Part shown: piece after piece, positions 40,096-47,989 of the stretch
How positions within the stretch are numbered: position 1 is the stretch's first letter
How the letters are laid out: each line of letters starts with the position of its first letter
DNA from: Candidatus Woesearchaeota archaeon
GTDB lineage: Archaea; Nanobdellota; Nanobdellia; Woesearchaeales; DSVV01
DNA length: 64,000 bases
NCBI GenBank assembly: GCA_016192995.1
Contig: JACPTB010000005.1
Coordinates: forward strand, 133,503-197,502
Direction: 5' to 3'
Program-made: the position numbers and the translations under genes
The notes under the pieces: generated by a model
The model's input: the letters and a program-made list of their open reading frames with translations, nothing else
The model's database searches: none
What the model was told of the DNA's origin: nothing

Positions 40096-40497
40096 CTATT
40101 CTAGCTTTATTCGCTTTATGCTTTTAACTTTATCAAAATCCACATCATCACTTACTATTAAGGTTACATTAAGTAGTTCCATAACTGCAAGATGAAAAGA
40201 ATCTCGAGGTTTTAAATTATATTTCTCCATGAAATCCAATGCTTTAACAGGAACTATGGGTGAAACTTCTTTTATGCTGAGATTAGGCATAGCATAAATA
40301 TCTTGAATTACTTGACGAATTAAAGCTTTCTTTTTATTTTTAATTATTACCCACATTACTTCCTCTAATGCTAAAACAGAGGTAACTGCAGTTTTCTTCC
40401 CGTCAATAATCTCTTTCTGCAGTGAACGTGCATTCTGACCTTTTTTCATTATATCAAAAAGCGCAAAAATAAAGAAATTTGCATCAAGGTATAACAT
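40096..40497 (-). CDS. VapC PIN toxin
   Basis: YLDANFFI, LKPRDSFHLA, SDDVDFD. Confidence 0.88.
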   Translation of the reverse strand: MLYLDANFFIFALFDIMKKGQNARSLQKEIIDGKKTAVTSVLALEEVMWVIIKNKKKALIRQVIQDIYAMPNLSIKEVSPIVPVKALDFMEKYNLKPRDSFHLAVMELLNVTLIVSDDVDFDKVKSIKRIKLE

Positions 40498-40748
40498 TAA
40501 AACTCCCCTTCATATAATTTATCCCCATACACAAAGCTCTTTGTCACATTTCCGCCTTCTTTTTTTGCGATTTCTTCCCATGCCTTTACTAAATCTCGTT
40601 CTGGAGCTGAGGTTATTTTAAGCACTTTTTTATCTACTTCTAAAAAAATCGTCTGGTCTTCATTGATACCAAGGCTTTCCCTAATCAGTTTAGGTATAAC
40701 AATTTGCCCCCGTGCCCCTACTTTTGTTTGTATCTGGATCATACCCAA
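40497..40748 (-). CDS. AbrB/MazE-type antitoxin
   Basis: KVGARGQIVIPKLIRESLGI. Confidence 0.85.
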   Translation of the reverse strand: MGMIQIQTKVGARGQIVIPKLIRESLGINEDQTIFLEVDKKVLKITSAPERDLVKAWEEIAKKEGGNVTKSFVYGDKLYEGEF

Positions 40749-40825
40749 CTATAAAACATAACTGATATATAAAATTTCCTATTTATGGTATGAAAAAATC
40801 ATATCAAAAGTATGTATTTAAAAAA

Positions 40826-41146
40826 TCAGCTATAATCCCTGGTAACGCTCTTGCATTTCTCGCATTTGTAGAATTTTGTTTCAGGCTCGTCTGATGCCCG
40901 TGTTTGAACTGTCCAGAAATATGCTCTTTTATGCCCGCATTTTTTACAGCCAGAGAATTCAATCAGCGGATAAGCTTCTTTTTCTTCTTCAACAACACCA
41001 GCAGATTTAACATGGTCATGTTTTACGATATCTTTAAGCTTAATATCAGCTTTCTGTCCTGAATCGCCGCATTTTTTACAGAACATTACTGTTTTATCTT
41101 TGACCTTTGTTGGCATTAATATTGATCCGCATTGTTTACAAAACAT
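40826..41146 (-). CDS. tfs: Transcription factor S (TFS)
   Basis: Two zinc ribbons; QTRASDEPETKFYKC. Confidence 0.93.
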   Translation of the reverse strand: MFCKQCGSILMPTKVKDKTVMFCKKCGDSGQKADIKLKDIVKHDHVKSAGVVEEEKEAYPLIEFSGCKKCGHKRAYFWTVQTRASDEPETKFYKCEKCKSVTRDYS

Positions 41147-41184
41147 TAGTATCAACCGTCCTTATTTTTATTTACTATTATTAC

Positions 41185-41883
41185 TTAATACTTCATACAT
41201 GCAATAAATGGCATGCCTTTTAGTTTTTTATAACCACAAACTGCAGTTACTTTTATCCAACCGAGATAGGGTACTCTTAAAAAAGCTTTTCCTAAATACC
41301 TGCGTTGATGAATATCATTTTCTCCTAATTCAACATGAGTTTTGCTGTTATGATCGCCTTTAGTGGTAAAATGATAACCATCTTCTTTCTTTTCTATATT
41401 TACTACACGATGGATAATAGGATGCGATGCTGCATTTGACTGAAAAACAATAACATCCCCTATTTGCACTTTTTCAGGTTTTTTAGCTGATTTCAAAAGC
41501 ATGATATCTGCCTTGTTAAAGCCATTCTTAAACGGAAATGCTTTGAATTGTTCTTTGGTAATATTTGTGTTGGAAGTATACCACCCCCCGCATAATTCCC
41601 AGTAAGCATCAAAATTCAACCGTTTTTCTTCTTCAAAGTTTTTTCCACAAATAGCTGGAGGCAGATTGTAATACGGCTCTACAATCTTATGCTCCATACT
41701 TCCAGAAACAACAGCTACAATAGGCAATGATGTTCCAAATGCAAAACTTAATCCTGGATATAATAAAAATCTAATAATAACAAATGCAAGAATAATATTC
41801 ACTATCCAGCTTGCTGCACTGTCATCTTCCCATACAAAATGCCAGAATTGCTTCAGTTTTTGCTTGAGGTCTTGTTTATCCAT
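41185..41883 (-). CDS. Signal peptidase I (archaeal Sec11-type)
   Basis: VVSGSME, GDVIVF, PIIHRVV, TKGDHN, PYLGW. Confidence 0.9.
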   Translation of the reverse strand: MDKQDLKQKLKQFWHFVWEDDSAASWIVNIILAFVIIRFLLYPGLSFAFGTSLPIVAVVSGSMEHKIVEPYYNLPPAICGKNFEEEKRLNFDAYWELCGGWYTSNTNITKEQFKAFPFKNGFNKADIMLLKSAKKPEKVQIGDVIVFQSNAASHPIIHRVVNIEKKEDGYHFTTKGDHNSKTHVELGENDIHQRRYLGKAFLRVPYLGWIKVTAVCGYKKLKGMPFIACMKY

Positions 41884-41932
41884 TATGTTACGATACTTTC
41901 ATCCTTTCGTTTTAAAATCTTGTGGTCTAAAA

Positions 41933-42148
41933 GGCTCTGGTGAAAATCTTTCAGGTTTTAGCGCCGGTTCAGCTTTTTAAGTGGATTTCGATTGGATTTT
42001 TCTCTCTGGCACTCCGAAAAATCCTCGATATCTCCTAAGAAGAGCTTCACGAAATAGGCGCTAAAACTATACGAATCAAAGAAAGTGTTGGATAACATTT
42101 GACTTTCTTTGATGGTATATTGCTGCGCAATACATTTTCACCAGAGCC
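41933..42148. mobile_element. Hybrid element H1 (type-2 TIR, core A) with a 63-bp nested hairpin insert at 42070-42132
   Basis: TIR GGCTCTGGTGAAAAT...ATTTTCACCAGAGCC around core A; only a 5-bp TAAAA direct repeat flanks it. Confidence 0.88.
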
Positions 42149-42193
42149 TAAAACTAAGTTAATTATATAAATACTCATCGCTTTTTTACGGTT

Positions 42194-43207
42194 ATGAAAT
42201 GCATTATATGCGGTAAAAAGGCTGAACATGAAGTATTATGCGAAAAATGCCATGTTGATAAATATACTGCTATCGTTTCATTCACTAAATTTGATCTTAA
42301 AATATGCGGCACGTGCAATGCCTATATGTATGGCAAATCATGGCATCCACCTCTTAAATTAGAACAAGCTGTTCGGAAAGCGTTTTATGATTCAACTAAA
42401 TTTCATAAAAAACCCCAGGAATATGAAGCAGTTATTACCCTGCCAAAACATGAAGTTAAAATCGGCAATAAAGTAGTTGGCAAAGTAATAGTTACTATTA
42501 AAACCTCTATTAGCAACTCAATCAAAGAAGAAACTATGCACTATCCTCTTAAAATAAGATACACGCGATGTGATAATTGTTCAAAAAATATGAGCGGCTA
42601 TTTTCAAGGAGTCCTGCAATTGCGCAATGACAAAAGCAAGCAATTTGCTGCTGCTGCTGATTTTATCAGGAAAAAGACTGCTGAGAAAAAAGGCGTTGAA
42701 ATCACTAAGGAGGATCCTGTCAAAAATGGCATTGATTTCTATATCACTTCCAAAGCATATCTTAACACCCTGGGAAAAATAGTAAGCAATCAATTTGGCG
42801 CAGAACTTAAAGTTGCAGCTGAACTATTTACGCAAGATAAACAAACCAGCAAAGAAGTGTATCGCACTAATCTTCTGATAAGATTGCCTCAGTTTAACAT
42901 TGGTGATGTTATCAGCTTGAATCGAAAACTGATATTAATAAAAACAATTAGGGATAAATCAGTTGAAGGGATTGATTTGAAAACAAATAAATACGTTAAA
43001 GAACACTATCTCGGCAAAGAATATGAAATTGTTGCTGCTTCTGATGATTTTCTTGAAGCAGATATTACCAGAAAAAAACCATTTCTTGAAATTTTAGATC
43101 CAAAAACATATCAACCAGTAAAAGTCGAAAATGAACAAGTGCTTGAACCTCAACAAGATAAAGTTTCTGTTGTTTGTATTAATGATAGATGGTATCTGGT
43201 TCAGTGA
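42194..43207 (+). CDS. nmd3: NMD3-family ribosome biogenesis protein
   Basis: Four CxxC pairs, GYFQGVLQLR, GIDFY, YRTNLLIRLP. Confidence 0.88.
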   Translation: MKCIICGKKAEHEVLCEKCHVDKYTAIVSFTKFDLKICGTCNAYMYGKSWHPPLKLEQAVRKAFYDSTKFHKKPQEYEAVITLPKHEVKIGNKVVGKVIVTIKTSISNSIKEETMHYPLKIRYTRCDNCSKNMSGYFQGVLQLRNDKSKQFAAAADFIRKKTAEKKGVEITKEDPVKNGIDFYITSKAYLNTLGKIVSNQFGAELKVAAELFTQDKQTSKEVYRTNLLIRLPQFNIGDVISLNRKLILIKTIRDKSVEGIDLKTNKYVKEHYLGKEYEIVAASDDFLEADITRKKPFLEILDPKTYQPVKVENEQVLEPQQDKVSVVCINDRWYLVQ

Positions 43208-43208
43208 A

Positions 43209-43369
43209 GAGAACTTTGCAAAATACTCGCATAGCTCGGGTTACTGCCAGTTCGCATTGAGATATATGCTTGACAAAGCAATTTTCTCTCTGGAACTCCG
43301 AAAATTGCCCGATAAGTATTTCGAAAATGCTCACAAAATAGGCAGTAACCATAATTTTGCAAAGTTCTC
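43209..43369. mobile_element. Diverged core-A element C with a third TIR type
   Basis: TIR GAGAACTTTGCAAAAT...ATTTTGCAAAGTTCTC; stems GGTTACTGCC/GGCAGTAACC and GCAATTTT/AAAATTGC; invariant CTCTCTGGAACTCCG loop. Confidence 0.85.
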
Positions 43370-43380
43370 CGAAGAAGAAC

Positions 43381-44808
43381 CTATCCATTGAAATTTCCTT
43401 CTTTAAAGCAAGCATATCTTGTTCTTATTTCTATTCCTAATTCAGTAGTTACTTGAGTACGATTATGAAGATCTCTTGGAATAAAATCCTCAAGATCTGA
43501 TAATCGTAAAGCAAAACAGTTATTTCGAACTGCTCGATAATCATTTTCAGTTGTCATTTCCGCTGAAACTACATAAATTCCTTTTGCCATTAACGGTGTT
43601 CTACACATTTCACTAAAAGGAATACCATATCTAGTGTTTAATCTTCCTGCAGAATAAATTGCAAACGGTTCAATAATTAGATCATTAAAGTCATCATTAA
43701 TTATTTCATCGAATAATCTTACTTTTATATCATATAATTGAGCTTCGTTGTCTATCTTCCCTAAAAGTACATAGAAATTAAAAGGAGTTAAATAAACAAC
43801 TTTTATACCTTTTGTTTCAGAACCTATTCTTTCTGTCTTAAAATGTTGTGGATTAGTATCAATTTTTCTTCTCAAATTGCTCCGATCAGGCATAAAACGA
43901 CCATCGTCACATAAATCTCTTAAGAGATATGGTTTAACCCCAAAAGAATACCAACTTGGTAAATTGCCTTGAGCTCGAGAGCTTTTCACTGTTCTCTTGA
44001 ATTTATCAGGAATGTCTTCTACTTCAATTATCCCTCTTCGTTTATCTAAAGCAAATCGCTCAACTACTGATCGCAATTCCCTCACATTTCCCGGCCAAGA
44101 ATAACATTGTAGAAGTTCTAAAGCTTCTTCACTAATACCTTCTAAACTAACACCATGGTTACTATACCTATCATTATATTGTTTGATAAAATATGACAAC
44201 AATGGTAAGATATCTTGTCTCCTATCTCGAAGAGGTGCTAATCCTAGGGTATACGTATTTAACCGATAGAATAAATCTTGCCTAAATCTTCCTTCTTTTA
44301 TACAAGCTTCTAAATCGTGATTGGTTGCTGAAACAACACGAACATCAACCTCTGTTATTGCAGTGCTTCCTACTCTGGTTACTTTCCTGTCTTCTAAAAC
44401 TCTTAAAATCTTTGCTTGCAAATCAGGAGACATATCACCAATCTCATCAAGAAACAACGTGCCAGTGTTTGCAGCTTCAAATTTACCACTACGATCACTG
44501 GTAGCACCAGTAAATGATCCTTTCTTATGACCAAATAATTCTGATTCAAGTAAGTCTCGTGGTATAGCTGCACAGTTTACTGTAACAAAAGGTGCATACC
44601 TTCGAAAACTATTATAATGAAGTGCCTTCGCAACAACTTCTTTTCCTGTTCCAGTTTCTCCAGTAATTAAAACAGGCGTTGGAAAATTAGCAATTCGTTC
44701 TAATGTTTTTACTAACCCTAAAATATGATTACTTGTACCAACTAAATGACCATTATTACTACCTATTGCTAAACCTGTCTCTGCATAATCAGCTACTAAA
44801 TAAACCAT
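43381..44808 (-). CDS. Sigma54-activator (bEBP)-type AAA+ protein with an unrecognised C-terminal domain
   Basis: GETGTGKE, ESELFGH.KGSFTGA, LFLDEIG, FRQDLFYRL, WPGNVREL. Confidence 0.9.
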   Translation of the reverse strand: MVYLVADYAETGLAIGSNNGHLVGTSNHILGLVKTLERIANFPTPVLITGETGTGKEVVAKALHYNSFRRYAPFVTVNCAAIPRDLLESELFGHKKGSFTGATSDRSGKFEAANTGTLFLDEIGDMSPDLQAKILRVLEDRKVTRVGSTAITEVDVRVVSATNHDLEACIKEGRFRQDLFYRLNTYTLGLAPLRDRRQDILPLLSYFIKQYNDRYSNHGVSLEGISEEALELLQCYSWPGNVRELRSVVERFALDKRRGIIEVEDIPDKFKRTVKSSRAQGNLPSWYSFGVKPYLLRDLCDDGRFMPDRSNLRRKIDTNPQHFKTERIGSETKGIKVVYLTPFNFYVLLGKIDNEAQLYDIKVRLFDEIINDDFNDLIIEPFAIYSAGRLNTRYGIPFSEMCRTPLMAKGIYVVSAEMTTENDYRAVRNNCFALRLSDLEDFIPRDLHNRTQVTTELGIEIRTRYACFKEGNFNG

Positions 44809-44850
44809 TTTTAAGAGGAAGTTATCTTGTTTTATAAAGATTAATAATAT

Positions 44851-45372
44851 CTACCATACATCCCAATGTTCGTTGCCTTTAGTCTGCATATCAAGAACTT
44901 CTTTGACCACATTCTGCAGTTCGTACATTTTAAACCGGAGATTATCTTCCCATAATGAATCGAAGAATTCTTTGAAGACCTTTTGATATAAGAATTTCAG
45001 CATATGTTTTTTTAAGGTTGATTTTCCAAAACTATCAGTATAATCAAAATCAAGATTTCTTGTTAAACGGACATACATTCTTGCTTTCATTAATTTCTTT
45101 ACTTGGCCATCAGGTTGTGTTACATTAACATATTCTATTTCCCAAACTTGATAATGCACGAGAAGTTTAAACTTAACTACTTCATTGACTTTTTTCCATG
45201 CATCCCAATCTATACGAAGCTCTCTGCCATGGTCTTTATGCTCATAACGTATTTCATGAAGCTGATAACCCCTATAAATCAGCCAGTCATTTACTTTTTT
45301 ATAAAGATCCTGATAATCAAAAACACCTTTGAATAAAAGGTGCAGATCGAAAGGTGGAAAGGTTATGGGCAT
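44851..45372 (-). CDS. Hypothetical protein
   Basis: 173-aa ORF with TATA-like TTTATAAA upstream. Confidence 0.65.
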   Translation of the reverse strand: MPITFPPFDLHLLFKGVFDYQDLYKKVNDWLIYRGYQLHEIRYEHKDHGRELRIDWDAWKKVNEVVKFKLLVHYQVWEIEYVNVTQPDGQVKKLMKARMYVRLTRNLDFDYTDSFGKSTLKKHMLKFLYQKVFKEFFDSLWEDNLRFKMYELQNVVKEVLDMQTKGNEHWDVW

Positions 45373-45416
45373 GATAGTTTAAAGAAATTGTCTTTTATAA
45401 ATATTATGCGACAAAC

Positions 45417-45616
45417 GGCTCTGGTGAAAATCTTTCAGGTTTTATTAAAAATCACTATTTTTAATCCCTGAGATCCTTCGGATTCAGGTAGCGCCGGTTC
45501 AGCTTTTGAAGTGTAGTTTGATTGGATTTTTCTCTCTGGAACTCCGAAAAATCCCCAAAATGAAGTTGAGGAGAGCTTCACAATATTGGCGCTAAAACTG
45601 CATTTTCACCAGAGCC
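45417..45616. mobile_element. Hybrid element H2 (type-2 TIR, core A) with a 46-bp nested hairpin insert at 45443-45488
   Basis: TIR GGCTCTGGTGAAAAT...ATTTTCACCAGAGCC; TSD GCGACAAAC/GCGATAAAC (8 of 9). Confidence 0.9.
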
Positions 45617-45769
45617 GCGATAAACCATTCTTTCACAAGTATCCCAACATATAAAGAACTATCAATAATACAATGATAAGAGCTAAAGCTACCCTATCCC
45701 TCTTTTTATAAAATGCATATACAATCGCTACTCCAACAAGAGTAATACCCACAAATTCAAGGCCTTTCA

Positions 45770-45931
45770 TCAATTCTCACCAACAGCGATAAATAATGAT
45801 CCAATACCTATTAATGCTGTACCCACAATAGTCATTCGATTAGCCAATAATAAAAAACCTACTGCACCTAATACACCACCAATCATTCTTAAAACAAAGG
45901 AGTTTAATACTTTACCTTTCTTGTCAAACAT
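45770..45931 (-). CDS. Small two-TM membrane protein
   Basis: Not in ORF track; MFDKKGKVLNSFVLRMIGGVLGAVGFLLL...; a second small hydrophobic ORF starts at its stop (45770). Confidence 0.5.
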   Translation of the reverse strand: MFDKKGKVLNSFVLRMIGGVLGAVGFLLLANRMTIVGTALIGIGSLFIAVGEN

Positions 45932-45974
45932 ACAAATTTATAGATGACAATACTTATATTTTTTTCCGTTTTAT

Positions 45975-46126
45975 GTGCGTAATAAGTCTTATTAGGTTTT
46001 AGTGCCGGTTCAGCTTTTGAAGTGTATATCAATTGGATTTTTCTCTCTGGAACTCCGAAAAATCCCCACCGGGTTATAAGAAGAGCTTCACAATATTGGC
46101 GCTAAAACCCCAGACTTATTACGCAC
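45975..46126. mobile_element. Palindromic element, copy A3
   Basis: TIR GTGCGTAATAAGTC...GACTTATTACGCAC (paired change at both ends); core A; no TSD visible; supplies the ribH stop codon. Confidence 0.88.
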
Positions 46127-46589
46127 TCAAAGTACGAAGCATAGCATCTAAAGCAGCTATTGCTCTTCGCCCATATTCTTCTTTTCTCGCATCTGCTGCT
46201 TCATAGCTTGCTTTTGGACCAATAACACCAAGAGTTACTGGTTTCTTATATTTTAAGCTTAATTCTGTGCAAGCTTGAGCACAGCAATGTGCTACAAGAA
46301 CATCATGATCTGTAGCACCTTGGATAACAGCTCCAAGCACTGCAACTCCTGCAATATCTTTTCTTTCGAGGAGTTGCTGCACTGCAAGAGGCGCATCATA
46401 CATTCCAGGTACTGTTATTACTTTAGCAACTTCTAATTTCAACAACTGCGCTGTTTTTCTTGCTGTTTCCAACATTACTAAAGTGATCTCTTGATTAAAT
46501 TCCCCTACTACAATACCAATGTTTGTTGGATTATTGTTTGCAATATTATTGTTATTAATGACCATGTTGAATAGAACCTGCATCTTCAC
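46119..46589 (-). CDS. ribH: 6,7-dimethyl-8-ribityllumazine synthase
   Basis: IGIVVGEFN, VPGMYDAP, LGAVIQGATDHD, KPVTLGVIGP; true start probably slightly downstream. Confidence 0.92.
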   Translation of the reverse strand: MKMQVLFNMVINNNNIANNNPTNIGIVVGEFNQEITLVMLETARKTAQLLKLEVAKVITVPGMYDAPLAVQQLLERKDIAGVAVLGAVIQGATDHDVLVAHCCAQACTELSLKYKKPVTLGVIGPKASYEAADARKEEYGRRAIAALDAMLRTLSA

Positions 46590-47067
46590 TTCCTTGTCTT
46601 CTGCCAGTACCTGCTTGATGCGTCAAGGTAGTTTTTCCTTGTAATAAGGCGAGGGCATTCAAGGTATGTTTGTAAGCCCTATTTTTACAAAGAGTGTATA
46701 ATTTAGTTTCATCAAGTTTTCCATTGACACATGCCTCATCTATATGGACAAAAACTTCTAAAATATGCTTGTTAGTCATAAGTTGCACTTGTTGCAATCC
46801 AAGAGATGCTTCATGACTGCATTGTTTATCTATGGGTTCAGGACCTGCCATGCCTAAGGCAATAACAATATCACAATTATATTCTTCAATTAATTTTTTG
46901 CAGGCAATGGGTAAATCTTTGAACCCTGGAACTGTGTAGCGTTCTATGGTGCAAGAAAGAGTGTATTGCTGTTTGCCATCTTTGAGAGCTTGCTCTACAA
47001 AAGGAAAATAATCAACTCTTGAAAAGGTTGTATCTGCAATGCCGATTTTGATGTCAGTTGTTTTCAT
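46555..47067 (-). CDS. ribC: Archaeal-type riboflavin synthase
   Basis: IGIADTTFSRVD, RYTVPG.KDLP.ACKKL, EVFVH.DE, AG.G.RQG. Confidence 0.92.
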   Translation of the reverse strand: MKTTDIKIGIADTTFSRVDYFPFVEQALKDGKQQYTLSCTIERYTVPGFKDLPIACKKLIEEYNCDIVIALGMAGPEPIDKQCSHEASLGLQQVQLMTNKHILEVFVHIDEACVNGKLDETKLYTLCKNRAYKHTLNALALLQGKTTLTHQAGTGRRQGSEDAGSIQHGH

Positions 47068-47083
47068 TGTTTACCTTTTTATT

Positions 47084-47246
47084 GGCTCTGGTGAAAATGT
47101 AGTTTTTGGTGCCATGCTGGTGATTATCCTTCCAATTAATACGTGGGAAAAAAGGAAGTTCCAGTAGGAATTTTTTCCTTGTTAAACTTAGGTGAGATAA
47201 TCACGGCACCAAAACCGAGGCGTTAGCCGAGATTTTCACCAGAGCC
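47084..47246. mobile_element. Palindromic element, copy B2 (inverted relative to B1)
   Basis: TIR GGCTCTGGTGAAAAT...ATTTTCACCAGAGCC; core B; fills the ribK-ribC spacer; TSD degenerate. Confidence 0.88.
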
Positions 47247-47896
47247 TATTCTATTATTATCTCACTTCCATCTTCTAACTCAAACTCACCTCTCAAATAA
47301 ACCGGAGCAATGATTTCGATAATATTTTCCGTATGAGTAGAACGCAATGGTTTGATTAAATAACCTGGCAGTTTTTTGTTTATTTTAATAGGATAGCAAA
47401 GTATTCCGCCAAAGGTTCTTTCTTTTGTGACAAAACCTTCAATTATAATCTGATTTTTTGTCTGGAAAAATTCTTTTAATTCCACGGGATTAACTTCAAT
47501 ATTCAAGGTTCCTGGATAGGGTGTCAGATTGAGTTTCTCTTTAAACTGTTTCTGGTAACCTTCAATTTGAACATAATATCTCCCTTCTCCTAAACCACTA
47601 ATAACTTTGCCGGTCCATTGTTTTAATGCTGTTCCAAATAATGATTTTAAGGTGATATAATTTTGCTCTAATAATTGCTTTGCCTCCAGAGTTAAGCTTA
47701 GTTTCATCCCTTCTGCAACTAATTCCTTATTTAAAAATCCCTTTTCTTCCAATTCTTTTATTTTTCTTGATGCTGTCTGCTGGGAAAAGCCAAGAGCATT
47801 GCCTAACTCCAAGGTAGACATAATAATGACATCATGCAATTTTGTCTTATATGCCATATATAATAATAGTGGCAGTTCTTCATTATAAGTATCCAT
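47246..47896 (-). CDS. ribK: CTP-dependent riboflavin kinase with N-terminal wHTH
   Basis: SQQTASR HTH, GKVISGLGEGRYY, PYPGTLN, EIIAPVYLR. Confidence 0.92.
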   Translation of the reverse strand: MDTYNEELPLLLYMAYKTKLHDVIIMSTLELGNALGFSQQTASRKIKELEEKGFLNKELVAEGMKLSLTLEAKQLLEQNYITLKSLFGTALKQWTGKVISGLGEGRYYVQIEGYQKQFKEKLNLTPYPGTLNIEVNPVELKEFFQTKNQIIIEGFVTKERTFGGILCYPIKINKKLPGYLIKPLRSTHTENIIEIIAPVYLRGEFELEDGSEIIIE

Positions 47897-47989
47897 ATTA
47901 AGTACGATAAGAATAGTAAACTACTTATAAATGTTATGGTTAGCAGAAATGAGTATTATGTATAGATAAGAACTAAAGAAAGACAAACA

